64,000 nt of DNA from Eledone cirrhosa (GCA_964016885.1 OZ024753.1:34348001-34412000); one strand, 5' to 3'; shown: positions 47,112 to 63,534, counted from the first letter of the stretch. Numbers and translations are program-made. Notes: a model not told the origin generated them from the letters alone.

Positions 47112-47700
47112 ATCTATCTATCTATCTATCTATATATATATATATATATATACACATTTTAGTACAGCATTAACGAAGCTTTAGGCTGCGGCTAAGCTAA
47201 CGAATGCAAATTCGGAATGTAGCTTTAGCACTCGATGGAGAATAATACCCCAGAGTACTAACAATACGTTTAGACAGCTTTGCAAATCAAATATAGCGAT
47301 CGGCAGTCCAGCCGCATTGCCATAGCAACGAAAAAGTCTGGACTCAGGAAAAGATTTTAGACTGACCTGGACCATCGCGCGGAGACCGAATGCAACACAT
47401 AACGCATACCGTATAGCATACGATATACATCACATATAACATACAACATCCACGCTAGGTTTCTGTAAATTCGAAATCGACTAATTCCGCTTGCAGGGGT
47501 CTGCAAGTCAATGGCCTTTGACAACAGAACAAAGGATTTACTTCGTCAACAAGTCTTGCGTTCTATAGCCTCAGCGGGTGTGTTCTAGCAGTAAATTTCG
47601 CTATAGACACGTGGTTTTCTCCAAGGGAGGTAACCCCCGTTTTGGCGGTGATATATATATATATATACATAGTTATGTAATAAACGTAATAATATAAAAC

Positions 47701-47754
<54 letters not shown>

Positions 47755-47755
47755 G

Positions 47756-47951
47756 TACGTTATTCCGGGTTGAATCGGAGGTAACCACAGTAAGGTACTC
47801 AATACATTGCAGAGTATAAAAGTTTTAATATAGATGAGATTCTACAGGACTAGAACTGTTTCATTCTTTAGAAATCATCAGGAATCTCTGATATACATAT
47901 TTCAAGGACACCAAGTTAAATTATGGTGTGCTGTAGAATCTCATCTATATT

Positions 47952-47955
<4 letters not shown>
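47756..47955 (-). mobile_element. Family-C fold-back element with a hammerhead core at 47848-47881
   Basis: Minus strand: CTGATGA-t-ttc taaa gaa-t-GAAACaGTT-ctagtc. Arms 47823-47847 / 47931-47955; tail hairpin at 47795-47815. Confidence 0.7.
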
Positions 47956-48005
<50 letters not shown>

Positions 48006-48274
48006 TCTACTTTTTGCACAAGGCCAGCAATCACCCCAGTACATTACTGGTACTTTATTTTATCGGCTTGGAACTCCTTCATTCATTCATTTGCTTATTC
48101 CCGCTCTGCTTGAACAATATACTAAATATTAAATCTTCTCTAATATTTAACTCTGCTAACCCAAGCATTGAGCACACTCCGCTTCGGCTGTTGGCATTTA
48201 GTCATCTGTATCGCACTTCTCTGTATCTCTCTGCTTCCTTCTCTCATAGATACTTATACCCTATTATTATTATT

Positions 48275-48449
48275 AGAGGGTCGGACGCCATGCTTTGACG
48301 TATAGAGTTACGGCCCTTGCCATTCTGAGTTCAAATACCGTCGAGGTTAACTTTGCCTTTCATCCTAAATGGGGGTCGATAAAATAAAGTACCAGTAATA
48401 CACTGGGTAATTTCTGGCCTTGTGCCTAAAGTAGAAACAATTATTATTA
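48275..48449 (+). mobile_element. tRNA-derived SINE, 5'-truncated
   Basis: Consensus match. Confidence 0.8.
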
Positions 48450-48459
48450 TATATATATA

Positions 48460-48490
48460 CTAGACCATCGTGACCCGTTGGGTCACGTTA
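48460..48490 (-). mobile_element. Helitron-like 3' terminus
   Basis: cgtgaccc gtt gggtcacg hairpin, with CTAG|T on the minus strand. Confidence 0.45.
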
Positions 48491-48870
48491 ACTTAAAAAT
48501 ATTTTTTAAAAATCATGTTCATATAAAATAATTTTTAAACAATTAGAAGATACACAGGCATGTATATAACGTAAAATGAAATTGGAAGGCCCATATATAT
48601 ATATATGTGTGTGAGTGTGCATGCGCGCGCACGCGTGTCTCTTCCATTTTCCTTCCCTCTCTATGTCACTCTTTCAATCTCCTCTCTCATAACCACAATC
48701 TCTTTCTCTCTCTATTTATGAAGGTAGCCGGAAAAACCCCGTATCTCGGGAACTCATGCTCTAATTTACGCGAAATTTGTTTTATTCCAATTGTATTCGC
48801 ATTTCATTATATATATATATGCATGTAAAAGGTAAACAGAAAAAATTTTCACATTATATATATATATGCA

Positions 48871-48962
48871 TGTAAAAGGTAAACAGAAAAAACAACACAA
48901 TCGGTACAGTATATGGAAGGGATATATTAGGTTAACGCTTGATATAGCAGGCAGAGGGTATT
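48871..48962 (-). mobile_element. Copy of the sequence downstream of the 14885 hammerhead
   Basis: Reverse complement matches about 14917-15008. Confidence 0.8.
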
Positions 48963-49102
48963 ATGTGTGTGTGTACGCATGCTTGTATGTATGTTCATAA
49001 GAAACTTTTCAATGTGCTTCAAGCAACAATGCTACTGGATTGCACAATAAACTCACACCAATTTTATATAACTTAGTTTAATATGTAGAATAACTTAATA
49101 AA

Positions 49103-49363
49103 ATAATTGTTTCTACTTTTGGCACAAGGCCAGCAATGTGTATAAAATGGTTTCTTATATAGGCCCAAGACCAGCAATCTGGGGGTAGGGGACAGTTGAT
49201 TAAATCGACTCCAGTACATTACTGGTCCTTTATTTTATCGACCCCGTAAGGATGAAAGGCAAAGTTAACCTTGGCGGGATTTGAACTCAGAATGGCAAGG
49301 GCCGTAACTCTATGCGTCAAAGCATGGCGTCCGACCCTCTACCGATACTGCCAACCCACCGCC
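49103..49363 (-). mobile_element. SINE tail fragment plus a full SINE
   Basis: Consensus match. Confidence 0.8.
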
Positions 49364-49632
49364 CTTAATAAGATAATATTCCCTTATTAAGATAATATTC
49401 CCAGGTACATAAATAAAATAAAATAATATAAACTAATATTATAGAAATTATATAATTTATTTTAGTATATTAGTTTAGATATTTCATTTAATGGTATTTC
49501 ATTTCATTAATTTTCATATATAAAGTGATACATATTCATACATATACACGTATATACACACATACATATATAGATACAGAAATATATACTTATATAGATA
49601 TGTGTGTATATATATAGAGAAAGAGATAGCGA

Positions 49633-49699
<67 letters not shown>

Positions 49700-49760
49700 A
49701 TGTGTGTATATATATATCAATAATATTAATATATGGAAAATATCTTTATAAAACCACATT

Positions 49761-49819
49761 ATTTTATTATACGTATTTCAAGGGTACTAATATCTTAGTA
49801 CGCTTTCGTCAGATAAAAT
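49761..49819 (-). ncRNA. Type-I hammerhead (AUA), family D
   Basis: Minus strand: attttat-CTGACGA-aag c gtactaa gata ttagtac c ctt-GAAATACGTATA^ataaaat. Flanks are homologous to about 46765-46860. Confidence 0.8.
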
Positions 49820-49893
49820 TTAATAATTGGTGTAAAGATAGTGACATATCGTGTTATAAGTTCATTGAAGATAGTCATATACATATTTGTGTG

Positions 49894-49925
<32 letters not shown>

Positions 49926-49964
49926 TATGCACACACACACACATTCTATATATATATATATATA

Positions 49965-50111
49965 TAGGAACAAGTAGGACCCCGAGGACTAAAAGGCTTG
50001 AGCTCAGCCGTCGGGGTCCTACTCGTTCCTATTACCCACTCTGCTACCCTAAGTATTGAGTACTTTGGTGCGTTATGGTCCATCTGGTTCCTTACCACAT
50101 TTCCTTCGTTA
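49965..50111 (+). mobile_element. Family-B fold-back mini-element with a short arm
   Basis: taggaacaagtaggaccccga arm plus core and tail. Confidence 0.8.
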
Positions 50112-50533
50112 TATATATATATATATATATATATAATGTATATATATAATGTAGGAGGTGAGTTATATTGTAGTACAATAAAGCAATGCAGATATCGGAT
50201 AAGTAGCACTCTACAGTTTGTAGGACTGGAGTATATATATATATATACATACATACATATATATATAGGCACGACACTCATGTCACACATAATACAATGC
50301 CGTCATAGAAGTATTGGATCTAGCGAGGTTTATGCAGTAATATTAAAGTTGAAGCAGTATTTAAGAATATAAATAGGCGCGTAAGAGCATCAAACAATAT
50401 ACTTTGTGTTATTTCATTGGTTTGTTTCTTTTCTCAATTGAAATACATTCCCCGTTCTCCTTCTGAAGTCTTTAAGTACCAATAGATAAAATAACTACCC
50501 TGGTCGATACAATCGACTATACTTACTACATTG

Positions 50534-50595
<62 letters not shown>

Positions 50596-50925
50596 AGTAT
50601 GTATACGTACATACATATATGTATACAGACGTACAGTGGTATGTATATATATACATACATGCACACATATATATATGTACGTACATATATATATACATAC
50701 TACTGTACGTCTGTATACATATATGTATGTACGTATACATACTTATATTTAAGTATCAGCCGTACTAAGAGCGAGAAATGAAATTTCATTTCATTCTTTT
50801 CCATATATATATATATATATATATTCTTCCATCTATCTATCTCTATAATATACATTTATGCATGTATATATTACTCCCCAGCTCTCTCTTTCTCTGTGTG
50901 TATGTATGTATGTCTCTCTCTCTCT

Positions 50926-50954
<29 letters not shown>

Positions 50955-50962
<8 letters not shown>

Positions 50963-51223
50963 GAAAACACAGGTAAGTATTAACAGAAGGATTTCATCCA
51001 GGCTGCAGTATAGCAATATAAGGTTGCACTTACCAATGAAACGGTCGTAAATACATGGATAAAATCCTTCTCTTAATGCTTACCTGTGTTTACTCTTTTA
51101 TACTCCAAGATTGAACGGAATTCTTACAAACTTGTGAAGTTACCGCTAACCGTACTTTGAAACTATGCATGAAACTGGCTTTCTTAACCATGAACTGGAT
51201 CCAAAAAGCAATTTTCTCCTTCC

Positions 51224-51230
<7 letters not shown>
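50955..51230 (+). mobile_element. Fold-back mini-element (IR about 50955-51101 plus tail)
   Basis: About 45-bp arms; the loop contains caatGAAACggtcGTA; lies between TA tracts. Confidence 0.6.
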
Positions 51231-51256
<26 letters not shown>

Positions 51257-51275
51257 AGCGGCAAACTAATAAGAC

Positions 51276-51306
<31 letters not shown>

Positions 51307-51325
51307 CATACATACATACATACAT

Positions 51326-52978
51326 GGACAAAGAAGTGGGCCCAGAAGTATCTCCCATCTTTTCTTTGTTGATGACCTGAAGTTGTATGGGCCAAATATC
51401 AATGACATCAAGAAACAATTGGACCTCATTACACAATTTTCAACAGACATCAAAATGAAATTTGGTGAGTCCAAGTGTGCATATTTGGCAGTAAAACGTG
51501 GAAGAGCTGTGCCCTCCTCTAGAAATCTAGATATGAACGGCCTGACAATACAACCTCTGCAGTCAGGTGACAACTACAGATATCTTGGACAGGATGAGAA
51601 TGTCAGATATGATGGACCCATAAATAAGGAGAGAGCCAGAACTGAATACCTCAGAAGAGTAAAAAAAATATGGTCATCAGAACTGTCAGCATACAACAAA
51701 TACATTGCCCACAATACCTATGCTGTGCCAATTCTAACGCCAACATTTGGCCTACTGAACTGGTCATTGCAAGAACTAAGTGAGATGGATGTTAGAACTC
51801 GAAAACTTCTCAGTGTTACTGGGAACTTTAACATCAATAGTGATGTGGATAGGCTATACTTCTCACGCAAGGAAGGTGGCCGGGGTCTAAAATCAATATT
51901 AACAACATATGAGACCCGGATAGTAACACTGAAGCAACACCTTCAACAGAGGAAAAAGGTTGGCGATCATCTTGCTCAGGTTTATGAGCATGAAAAAAGA
52001 AATATCATTAGAATAGCGACTGATCTGGAGGAGAGATATGGAATAAAGCCTGATATAAATCTCTCACCCAGAGAAATCGGAAGATCCTATTCAATGTTCA
52101 AACAAGAAAAAAAAATTGACCAATTTACAGAGAAAGTTGTGCATGGATACTTGAGGCGTAAAACACAGACCATAGAGGGGATAAACCACTCAAAAAGCCT
52201 GGCATGGAGTTCCGACAAGTTTATGACATCACACATTGAGGGATATCTCTATGCGATACAGGAACAAGAACTCCCTACCAAATATCTGCTGCACAAAAGA
52301 GGAGGGCCAGCAGCTGACAATAAATGTAGGCTATGTAAAACAAAGATCGAGGATGTAAGCCACATTGTTGCCAGCTGCGAAAGAATGTCATCTCGCTACT
52401 ACCTCCCCATGAGACACGATGGGATAGCTAGAACTATCTGGAACGCACTTCGGAAAACAAAATTAACAACAAACGAGGAAGAATATATTGAGACAGATGG
52501 CACTAAGGAATACTGGTGGAACCTGAAAATAAAAACTGCCACCAAATTAAAGCACAACCGGCCTGATATTGTAGTTTGGGACCACACATTGAAAACGTGT
52601 TCTGTTGTGGAGATCAGCTGCCCACTTGATGTAAACGTTGTCAGAAAAATACAGGAGAAGGAGGACATCTACGGACCATTGATGAGGAGCTTACAAATCC
52701 AGTATCCAAGATACACCTTTAGCTTCATACCCATCATTATTGGTGCTACGGGTTATATACCAACCCGCTTGGACCAAAGTATGACCGAACTTGGATTTGC
52801 GGACAAAAAGCGCAGCTCCCTAATTCATAGTCTACAAATGGCTGCGATAGCTGGCACCTTCAAAATATGCAAAACATTCTTGCGATTCAAGGGATGACAA
52901 TTTCTTTTCTTTTACAACCTTGCCACCAGGAAGGTGGCCGGTCAAAAAAATATACTCGAAATTAAGAGAAAGAGAAAA
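51326..52978 (+). mobile_element. 5'-truncated R4/Dong-like non-LTR retrotransposon (RT C-terminal half, CCHC knuckle, restriction-like endonuclease)
   Basis: Uninterrupted frame ISHLFFVDDLKLY...YRYLG...RLYFSRKEGGRGL...CRLCKTKIEDVSHIVASC...RHD...RPDIVV...VVEISCP, stop at 52897. Flanked on both sides by (TACA)n. Confidence 0.9.
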
Positions 52979-53038
52979 CATACATACATACATACATACA
53001 TACATACATACATACATACATACATACATACATACATA

Positions 53039-53391
53039 CACGAGAATGCTGAGGATGGCTCTGAACATTAATCAGTATACACTGAGTATCAAAATCTCAG
53101 AGCTGTATGGGAGACTTCCAACAGTCAGCTTAAAAGTGATACAGAAGAGACTGAGGTTAGCTGGACATGCTCACCGACATCCAGAGTTGACATTGCACTC
53201 AGTGCTCCTGTGGGAATCCCTACATGGATACATTGGAAGGGGAGGACCAAGGGGAACGTATGTTGATGCCCTAAGGACAGACACTGGTCTGTTGGAGACG
53301 CAGGACATAGCAGCGATAATGAGGGACAGAGACCGCTGGGGAGAACTCGTCTATGGATCTCGGGAGTTTTACGCGTCCTAGAAAAAAAAAA
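53039..53391 (+). pseudogene. 3' fragment of an RTE-group (Proto2/RTEX-like) LINE
   Basis: TRMLRMALN...LYGRLP...RLRLAGHAHRH...LLWE..HG...[11 protein letters not shown]...DRDRW, then poly-A. Confidence 0.75.
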
Positions 53392-56661
<3,270 letters not shown>

Positions 56662-57254
56662 CGTTTCTGAATTTGTTTAGCAAGATTCTTTATCTGAAAT
56701 CGTGTGTTGAAACCGATATTGTTATACTTTGGGAGGGTCATGTGCCAATAAGAAACACACGCACCAGTTGCTTTCACTTCTATTTATTATATATTTATAA
56801 ATTTATAAATTTACAAACTTATAAATTTCTGGTTGGTTGGTTGGTTCCACAACCAGATAGTTGTTTATATATAGTCATAGTCCTTTCGTCACACACTCTG
56901 TGACCTCTTTAGTGACTGGGATTCCTTTCTTCGTTTCTGTGCCTTTCCTTTCTTCTATCCTACGCCATTTTGTTTCTGTGTGTGTGTTGTGTGCTCAGTT
57001 TGCGCATGCGCCACATCCGGGTGTCTGTGTGTGTTGTGTTCATTTTTCTATTTGTTTATTTATTTATTTATTTATTTATTGTTGGTTGGTTGTTTGTTCT
57101 ATGTGTGTGTGTGTTTTCATTTTGTCTTGTGTGTGTTTTCATTTTGTGTGTGTTTTCATTTTGTCCTGTGTGTGTTTTCATTTTGTGTGTGTTTTCATTT
57201 TGTCCTTAATTGTAAGTTGTTTGTTCTATGTGTGTGTGTGTTTTCATTTTGTCC

Positions 57255-58418
57255 TTAATTGTAAGTTTTGATGTTGCTGTTCCACTCATATTTTCTATTT
57301 AATTTTGGTTTTAATTCTTTTATGCTTACTGCCTCTGTAATTTGCCTAAACATTGCGTCTTTTCTGTGTGTGGATTCTATTTTTATTTCTATGCTCTCTA
57401 ATCTACCCCTGTGTTCTGTCTTAGCATGTTGGTAGAGCACAGATGATTCTTTATTATCTTGGAGGTCTCGCCAGTGTTCATTTATTCGTTCCCCTATACT
57501 ACGAGCTGTCTCACCTATGTACACTATATTTTTGTTTCTACATTGTCCTTCAGTACATCTTATGCTATACACTACATTTCTAGTTTTACAGTTAATATGG
57601 GGGCTTATTTTACAGGTTATACATTTCTTATCTATACATGAGGGTCTTTGGAACGGGTATGTCTTGCTAATAAGTGTTTTTACGGAGGTACCAGGTCTTT
57701 CTACTATCTTAATATTGAGATTATGTTTATTTAGGGCCCTTCTAAATTTGTAGGCTAGTTCGCCTCTAGGGGTTGTATTGATGAACATTACACTCTGGTA
57801 TTTATTGCTATCATACCATGAGTTTATTCTATTGGCCTTGTTCCTAGTTCTTTCTATTCTATTCCAAAATTTGCTCCTATACAAGGGGCAGGTCCCATTT
57901 ATGTCATTATTTACCATTTTTTCCCATTTGGTTCTGGCTCCTTTATACACTTTGATTCTATCTCTCATTGTAGCCAGAGAACTGCATACGGTGGATGAAG
58001 TGTTGTATGTGTCTCTCTAGTTCTTCGGGGTTGCACATGCGGGACACATTTCTCATCACCCGTACCAAATCCGCAATCAGTATGTTGATTTTGGTATGGT
58101 CCGAAATGGCCGAGTTTCGGTGGATCAGATGTTTGGAAGTCATGGGTTTGGCATAATGGGAATGGAGGATTTGTTTTTGGTTGTTAATGGTATCTAACCA
58201 GAGCTCTGTGTCTAGTACAGGTAATCGATGGTTGGGGTGTCTACTTGGGTAGTCTATAGTAAATCTAATGCTCTGGTGGATGGAGTTTGCTATTTGCTGG
58301 ATGCTTTCCATTGTGTTTTTCTCTAGTTCCTGACTGTTCTTTAGTGGGGTGTCTTAACTACGATGTTTATATCATCTACGTAGCGGGAGTACATTATCAG
58401 GGTTAAGCTGTCTTCTAA
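57255..58418 (-). pseudogene. PLE reverse transcriptase C-terminus plus GIY-YIG endonuclease, two frameshifts
   Basis: MYSRYVDDINIVV (about 58393-58355); IRFTIDYP...RLPVLD...HYAKPM; SGY; then C-x4-C-x2-C and CKTRNVVYSIRC...YIGETARSIGERINEH...RQITEA...LNRK. Frameshifts at about 58345 and 57962. Confidence 0.9.
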
Positions 58419-58930
58419 TTGACCTCCAAGATAATAAAGAATCATCTGTGCTCTACCAACATGCTAAGATAGAACACAGGGGTAGATTAGAGAGCATAGA
58501 AATAAAAATAGAATCCACACACAGAAAAGACGCAATGTTTAGGCAAATTACAGAGGCAGTAAGCATAAAAGAATTAAAACCAAAATTAAATAGAAAATAT
58601 GAGTGGAACAGCAACATCACAACTTACAATTAAGGACAAAATGAAAACACACACACACATAGAACAAACAACTTACAATTAAGGACAAAATGAAAACACA
58701 CACAAAATGAAAACACACACAGGACAAAATGAAAACACACACACACATAGAACAAACAACCAACCAACAATAAATAAATAAATAAATAAACAAATAGAAA
58801 AATGAACACAACACACACAGACACCCGGATGTGGCGCATGCGCAAACTGAGCACACAACACACACACACAGAAACAAAATGGCGTAGGATAGAAGAAAGG
58901 AAAGGCACAGAAACGAAGAAAGGAATCCCC

Positions 58931-58975
58931 AGTCACTGAAGAGGTCACAGAGTGTGTGACGAAAGGACTATGACT
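58931..58975 (+). ncRNA. Type-I hammerhead (CUA) in the PLE pLTR; mirror copy at 56873-56917 (-) has a G5A core change
   Basis: agtca-CTGAAGA-g-gtcaca gagtg tgtgac-GAAAGgaCTA^tgact. Confidence 0.75.
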
Positions 58976-59260
58976 ATATATAAACAACTATCTGGTTGTG
59001 GAACCAACCAACCAACCAGAAATTTGTAAATTTGTAAATTTATAAATATATAATAAATTGAAGTGAAAGCAACTGGTGCGTGTGTTTCTTATTGGCAACA
59101 TGACCCTCCCAAAGTATAACAATATCGGTTTCAACACACGATTTCAGATAAAGTATCTTGCTAAACAAATTCAGAAACGAAATATATATATATAAATATA
59201 TATATATGTATATATATATAAATATATATATATGTATATATATATAAATATATATATATG

Positions 59261-59296
<36 letters not shown>

Positions 59297-59327
59297 AATA
59301 TATATATATGTATATATATATAAATAT

Positions 59328-59372
<45 letters not shown>

Positions 59373-59446
59373 AATATATATATATATATAAATATATATA
59401 TATGTATATATATATAGATATATATATATATATATAAATATATATA

Positions 59447-59635
59447 TAGGAACCAGTAAGACCCCGACAGCTGAGCTCAAGCCGTTTCGACGGCTAATTC
59501 TGAATTAGCCGTCGAAACGGCTTGAGCTCAGCTGTCGGGGTCTTACTGGTTCCTATTACCCACTCTACTACCTCAAGTATTGAGTACTTTGGTGCGTTAT
59601 GGTCCACCTGGTTCCTTACCACATTTCCTTCGTTA
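59447..59635 (+). mobile_element. Family-B fold-back mini-element
   Basis: Perfect 54-bp arms around a 1-nt loop (59501), plus tail. Confidence 0.85.
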
Positions 59636-59666
59636 AATATATATATATATATATATAAATATATAT

Positions 59667-59823
59667 ATATAAAGGACGTAAAATAAGAAAATATTTTTTA
59701 AAAAAAATTTAAAAAAAATTTTTTCTTACTTAAATTTTCACTCCGGAGTGAAAATTTAAGTAAGAAAAAAATTTTTTTTAAATTTTTTTTAAAAAATATT
59801 TTCTTATTTTACGTCCTTTATAT
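59667..59823. repeat. Loopless palindrome of about 156 bp followed by a ~110-nt unique tail
   Basis: Centre ...ttttcactcc|ggagtgaaaa... at 59744/59745; lies between TA tracts. Confidence 0.85.
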
Positions 59824-60206
59824 TATTGTTCTGCATTCTCCTGCATTGAACCACCTAGGTACTATGACATAACCTGTGTATTTGCTGGCATGGGCGTGCA
59901 TCTGTGCGCTTATGTTAGTTGATATATTAAATTATCTATAAATATATATATATGTATATATATATAAATATATATATATATAATGTATATAAATATATAT
60001 ATATATAATGTATATGTATATATATATATATACATCTATCTATATATATATATATACATCTATCTATATATATATATATACATCTATCTATCTATATATA
60101 TATACATCTATCTATATATATATATATACATCTATCTATATATATATATATACATCTATCTATATATATATATATACATCTATCTATATATATATATATA
60201 CATCTA

Positions 60207-60252
<46 letters not shown>

Positions 60253-60388
60253 TATCTATATATATATATATATATATATATATCTATATATATATATATA
60301 CATCTATATATATATATATATATATCTATATATATATATATACATCTATATATATATATATATATATCTATCTATCTATATATATATA

Positions 60389-60424
<36 letters not shown>

Positions 60425-60448
60425 TATATATATATATATATACATCTA

Positions 60449-60492
<44 letters not shown>

Positions 60493-60628
60493 TATATATA
60501 TATATATATACATCTATATATATATATATATATATACATCTATATATATATATATATATACATCTATATATATATATATATACATCTATATATATATATA
60601 TATACATCTATATATATATATATATACA

Positions 60629-60663
<35 letters not shown>

Positions 60664-60746
60664 ATATATATACATATATATATATATATACATCTATATA
60701 TATATATATATATATATACATCTATATATATATATATATATACATC

Positions 60747-60790
<44 letters not shown>

Positions 60791-60822
60791 TATATATATA
60801 TATATATACATCTATATATATA

Positions 60823-63390
60823 CTGGTCCACAAACACCCTGCCACCAGGTTCTTCTGCCTCAACCTCTGACAGGGAAGCTGTGGAATCGCTTCTTGACTT
60901 CATGGATGATTTCTTCCTATCCCAACTAGTGCTCGAACCAACGAGGTGCCACAAAAACGTCCTAGACTTAATTTTCAGCAATCACACTGACAATATCCAC
61001 AATATTGCAGTGGAGAAAACTCTACTCTCTGATCATGACATGGTTCTCTGTGATCTGAGATTCCACCGTCCAATATACAAACCCAATGTCATCTCTCCTG
61101 TCCATCCGTTTGACGCTATGGATTTCCACAATGCAAACTGGGAAGCGATCAGTCATGATCTTGCACATGTCGACTGGTCCTTCACGCACACTCATACACC
61201 CACTAACATCAAAAAGTCCTGGCAGACATTTGTGGACACTGTTACAAACATATGTGCTAAACACACCCCATTAAGAACTATAAACAAATCTAAGAGCAGA
61301 ATCCCTAGAAATAGAAAAACGCTCATCAGAAAAATTAAGAGAACGAACAAAAAAATCAACAAGCTGAAATACTGTCAGCAGCAACACATCAACTTGACTG
61401 CCATTTCATCACTAGATATTAAAAAACATAACCTCCAAAACAACATAATGTCCCTCATCAACAATCAGAGAAGAGCTGAAGAGGCCTGGGCCATTGAGAA
61501 GATCAAACTCAATCCCAAAGTGTTCTTTTCATTTGCAAAAAAACACAAAATCACTGGCTCTACTGTTGGCCCTCTAATTGATGAAAATGGCACTCTTCAA
61601 GACAATGCTAAAACCATGGGTGAGATACTGCAGAAACAATACTGCTCTGTTTTCAGCAATCCTGATATGGCCGATCTGGGCTGTATCGGCGATGTTACTC
61701 CCCATTACACCTTATCGGACATAACGTTTGGCGCCCCTGATGTCTTGGCGGCAATAAAGGAAATCAAGCATAATTCAGCAGTAGGTCCCGATAGGTTCCC
61801 TGCTTGTGTCTTGAAGGCGTGTCAACACCAACTTGCTTCTCCTCTTGCCAATCTGTGGCGGAACTCACTGGATGCTGGATATGTGCCAGAAAACCTTCTA
61901 TCCCAGTCTGTTGTCCCAGTTTTCAAAAAGGGAAACAAATCCCTTGCCGTGAATTACCGTCCAATCTCACTCACCTCTCATATCATTAAGGTATTTGAGC
62001 GAGTGGTGAGATCGCGAATGACCCACTTCCTTGAGAGTAACAATATGCTGAACTCCAACCAGCATGGATTCCGTAATGGAAGGGATTGCCTGACGCAACT
62101 ACTGCATCACTTTGATGACATTTTGAGAGCCTTGGGAGAGGGTTCCAACACTGATGTTATCTACCTTGATTTCAGCAAGGCCTTTGACAGGGTTGATCAT
62201 AACATTCTACTGAGAAAGCTGTCCAATATTGGTGTCACTGGAAAGCTGCTGCAGTGGATCAAGAGCTTCCTGTCAAACAGAACCCAACATGTTGTAGTTG
62301 AGGGAGTCAAATCAAGCCCAGCCAAAGTCAGTAGTGGAGTCCCACAAGGCACTGTGTTGGGCCCACTTCTCTTCATCATCTATATTAATGACATCACTGA
62401 CATCATCAAACACAGCAACATTAACATTTTCGCTGATGATTCCAAGCTCCAAAAGGTCATCAATGGCGTGGATGACCGGATAAGCCTTCAGTCAGACCTA
62501 CTGGCTGTTACCCAATGGGCAGAAAAGAACAACATGTTACTGAACGAAGACAAATTCGAACTGATCCACTTCGGAAAAGAGGATGCTCTGAAACTCCCGT
62601 ACTCCCTTCCCTCCGGGGAAACTCTTGTGGCATCTAACAACATCAGAGACTTGGGAGTAACCGTGGACAGCAACATAAGCTGGACCACGCATATAAGCAG
62701 CAAAGTTGACATTGCCCGCAGAATGTGTTCCTGGATCCTCAGAACCTTCCAGTCGAGAGATTCCCGCACCATTATCCTTCTCTTCTCTACTTTCGCCCGA
62801 CCACACCTTGAATACTGTTGTCCACTGTGGTCTCCCCACACGAAACAAAGTATCATGAAACTTGAAGCTCCTCAAAGGGCAATCACGAAAAAGATAGATG
62901 GCATGTCAGACCTTGACTACTGGGGTCGATTGGAAAACCTGAAACTTTACTCACTCCAACGTCGCCGTGAGCGTTATATTATCTGCATGATGTGGAAAAT
63001 GTTCCATCATCACTGCCCAAATGATGTTGGCATCGCCTTCAAGATACACCCAAGGCTTGGGCCCCGTGCTATCCGTCCCATTCAAAAATCTAAATCGCAA
63101 CTCATAACAACAATACGGCACAATTATTTCACCTCAATCGGCCCTGCTCTCTTCAACATCACACCAGGACACGTCAAAACAGAAACTGACCACACAAAAT
63201 TCAAGAAGTCTTTGGACAAATTCCTCCAAGTAATCCCGGACAAACCACCCACACCCGGATATGTCTCCGCAAACAGTAATTCTCTTCTCGAATGGGCCAT
63301 GGTGCCCAAATCCTGAATTGAAAGACTTCGCCAGGTGGTGCTATTAAGTTAGACATGGCCTGGGCCAATACTGGCCAAAACATCTCAAAG
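60823..63390 (+). mobile_element. 5'-truncated CR1-group LINE (end of APE endonuclease plus RT), frame open to 63316
   Basis: [88 protein letters not shown]. Short 3' UTR; TA arrays on both sides. Confidence 0.92.
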
Positions 63391-63534
63391 TATATATATA
63401 TATATATATACATCTATATATATATATATATATATATACATCTATATACATCTATATATATACATATATATATATACATCTATATACATCTATATATATA
63501 CATATATATATATATACATCTATATATATACATC

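Larger units (their letters stand above)
56659..59182 (-). mobile_element. 5'-truncated Penelope-like element (possibly Naiad-like) with an inverted copy of its 3' end
   Basis: Body 58420->56659; inverted duplicate 58421-59182 of 57467->56659; embedded in (TA)n on both sides. Confidence 0.9.

Noticed and set aside
56659-58418. Selenoprotein (UGA recoding plus SECIS), as reported for some Naiad PLEs
   Set aside because: The interruptions are frameshifts ending in TAA or TAG, not in-frame TGA, and I recognised no SECIS.
60008-60822. N-terminal extension of the 1102-aa ORF
   Set aside because: Read-through of the TA array; LINE homology starts at about 60823.
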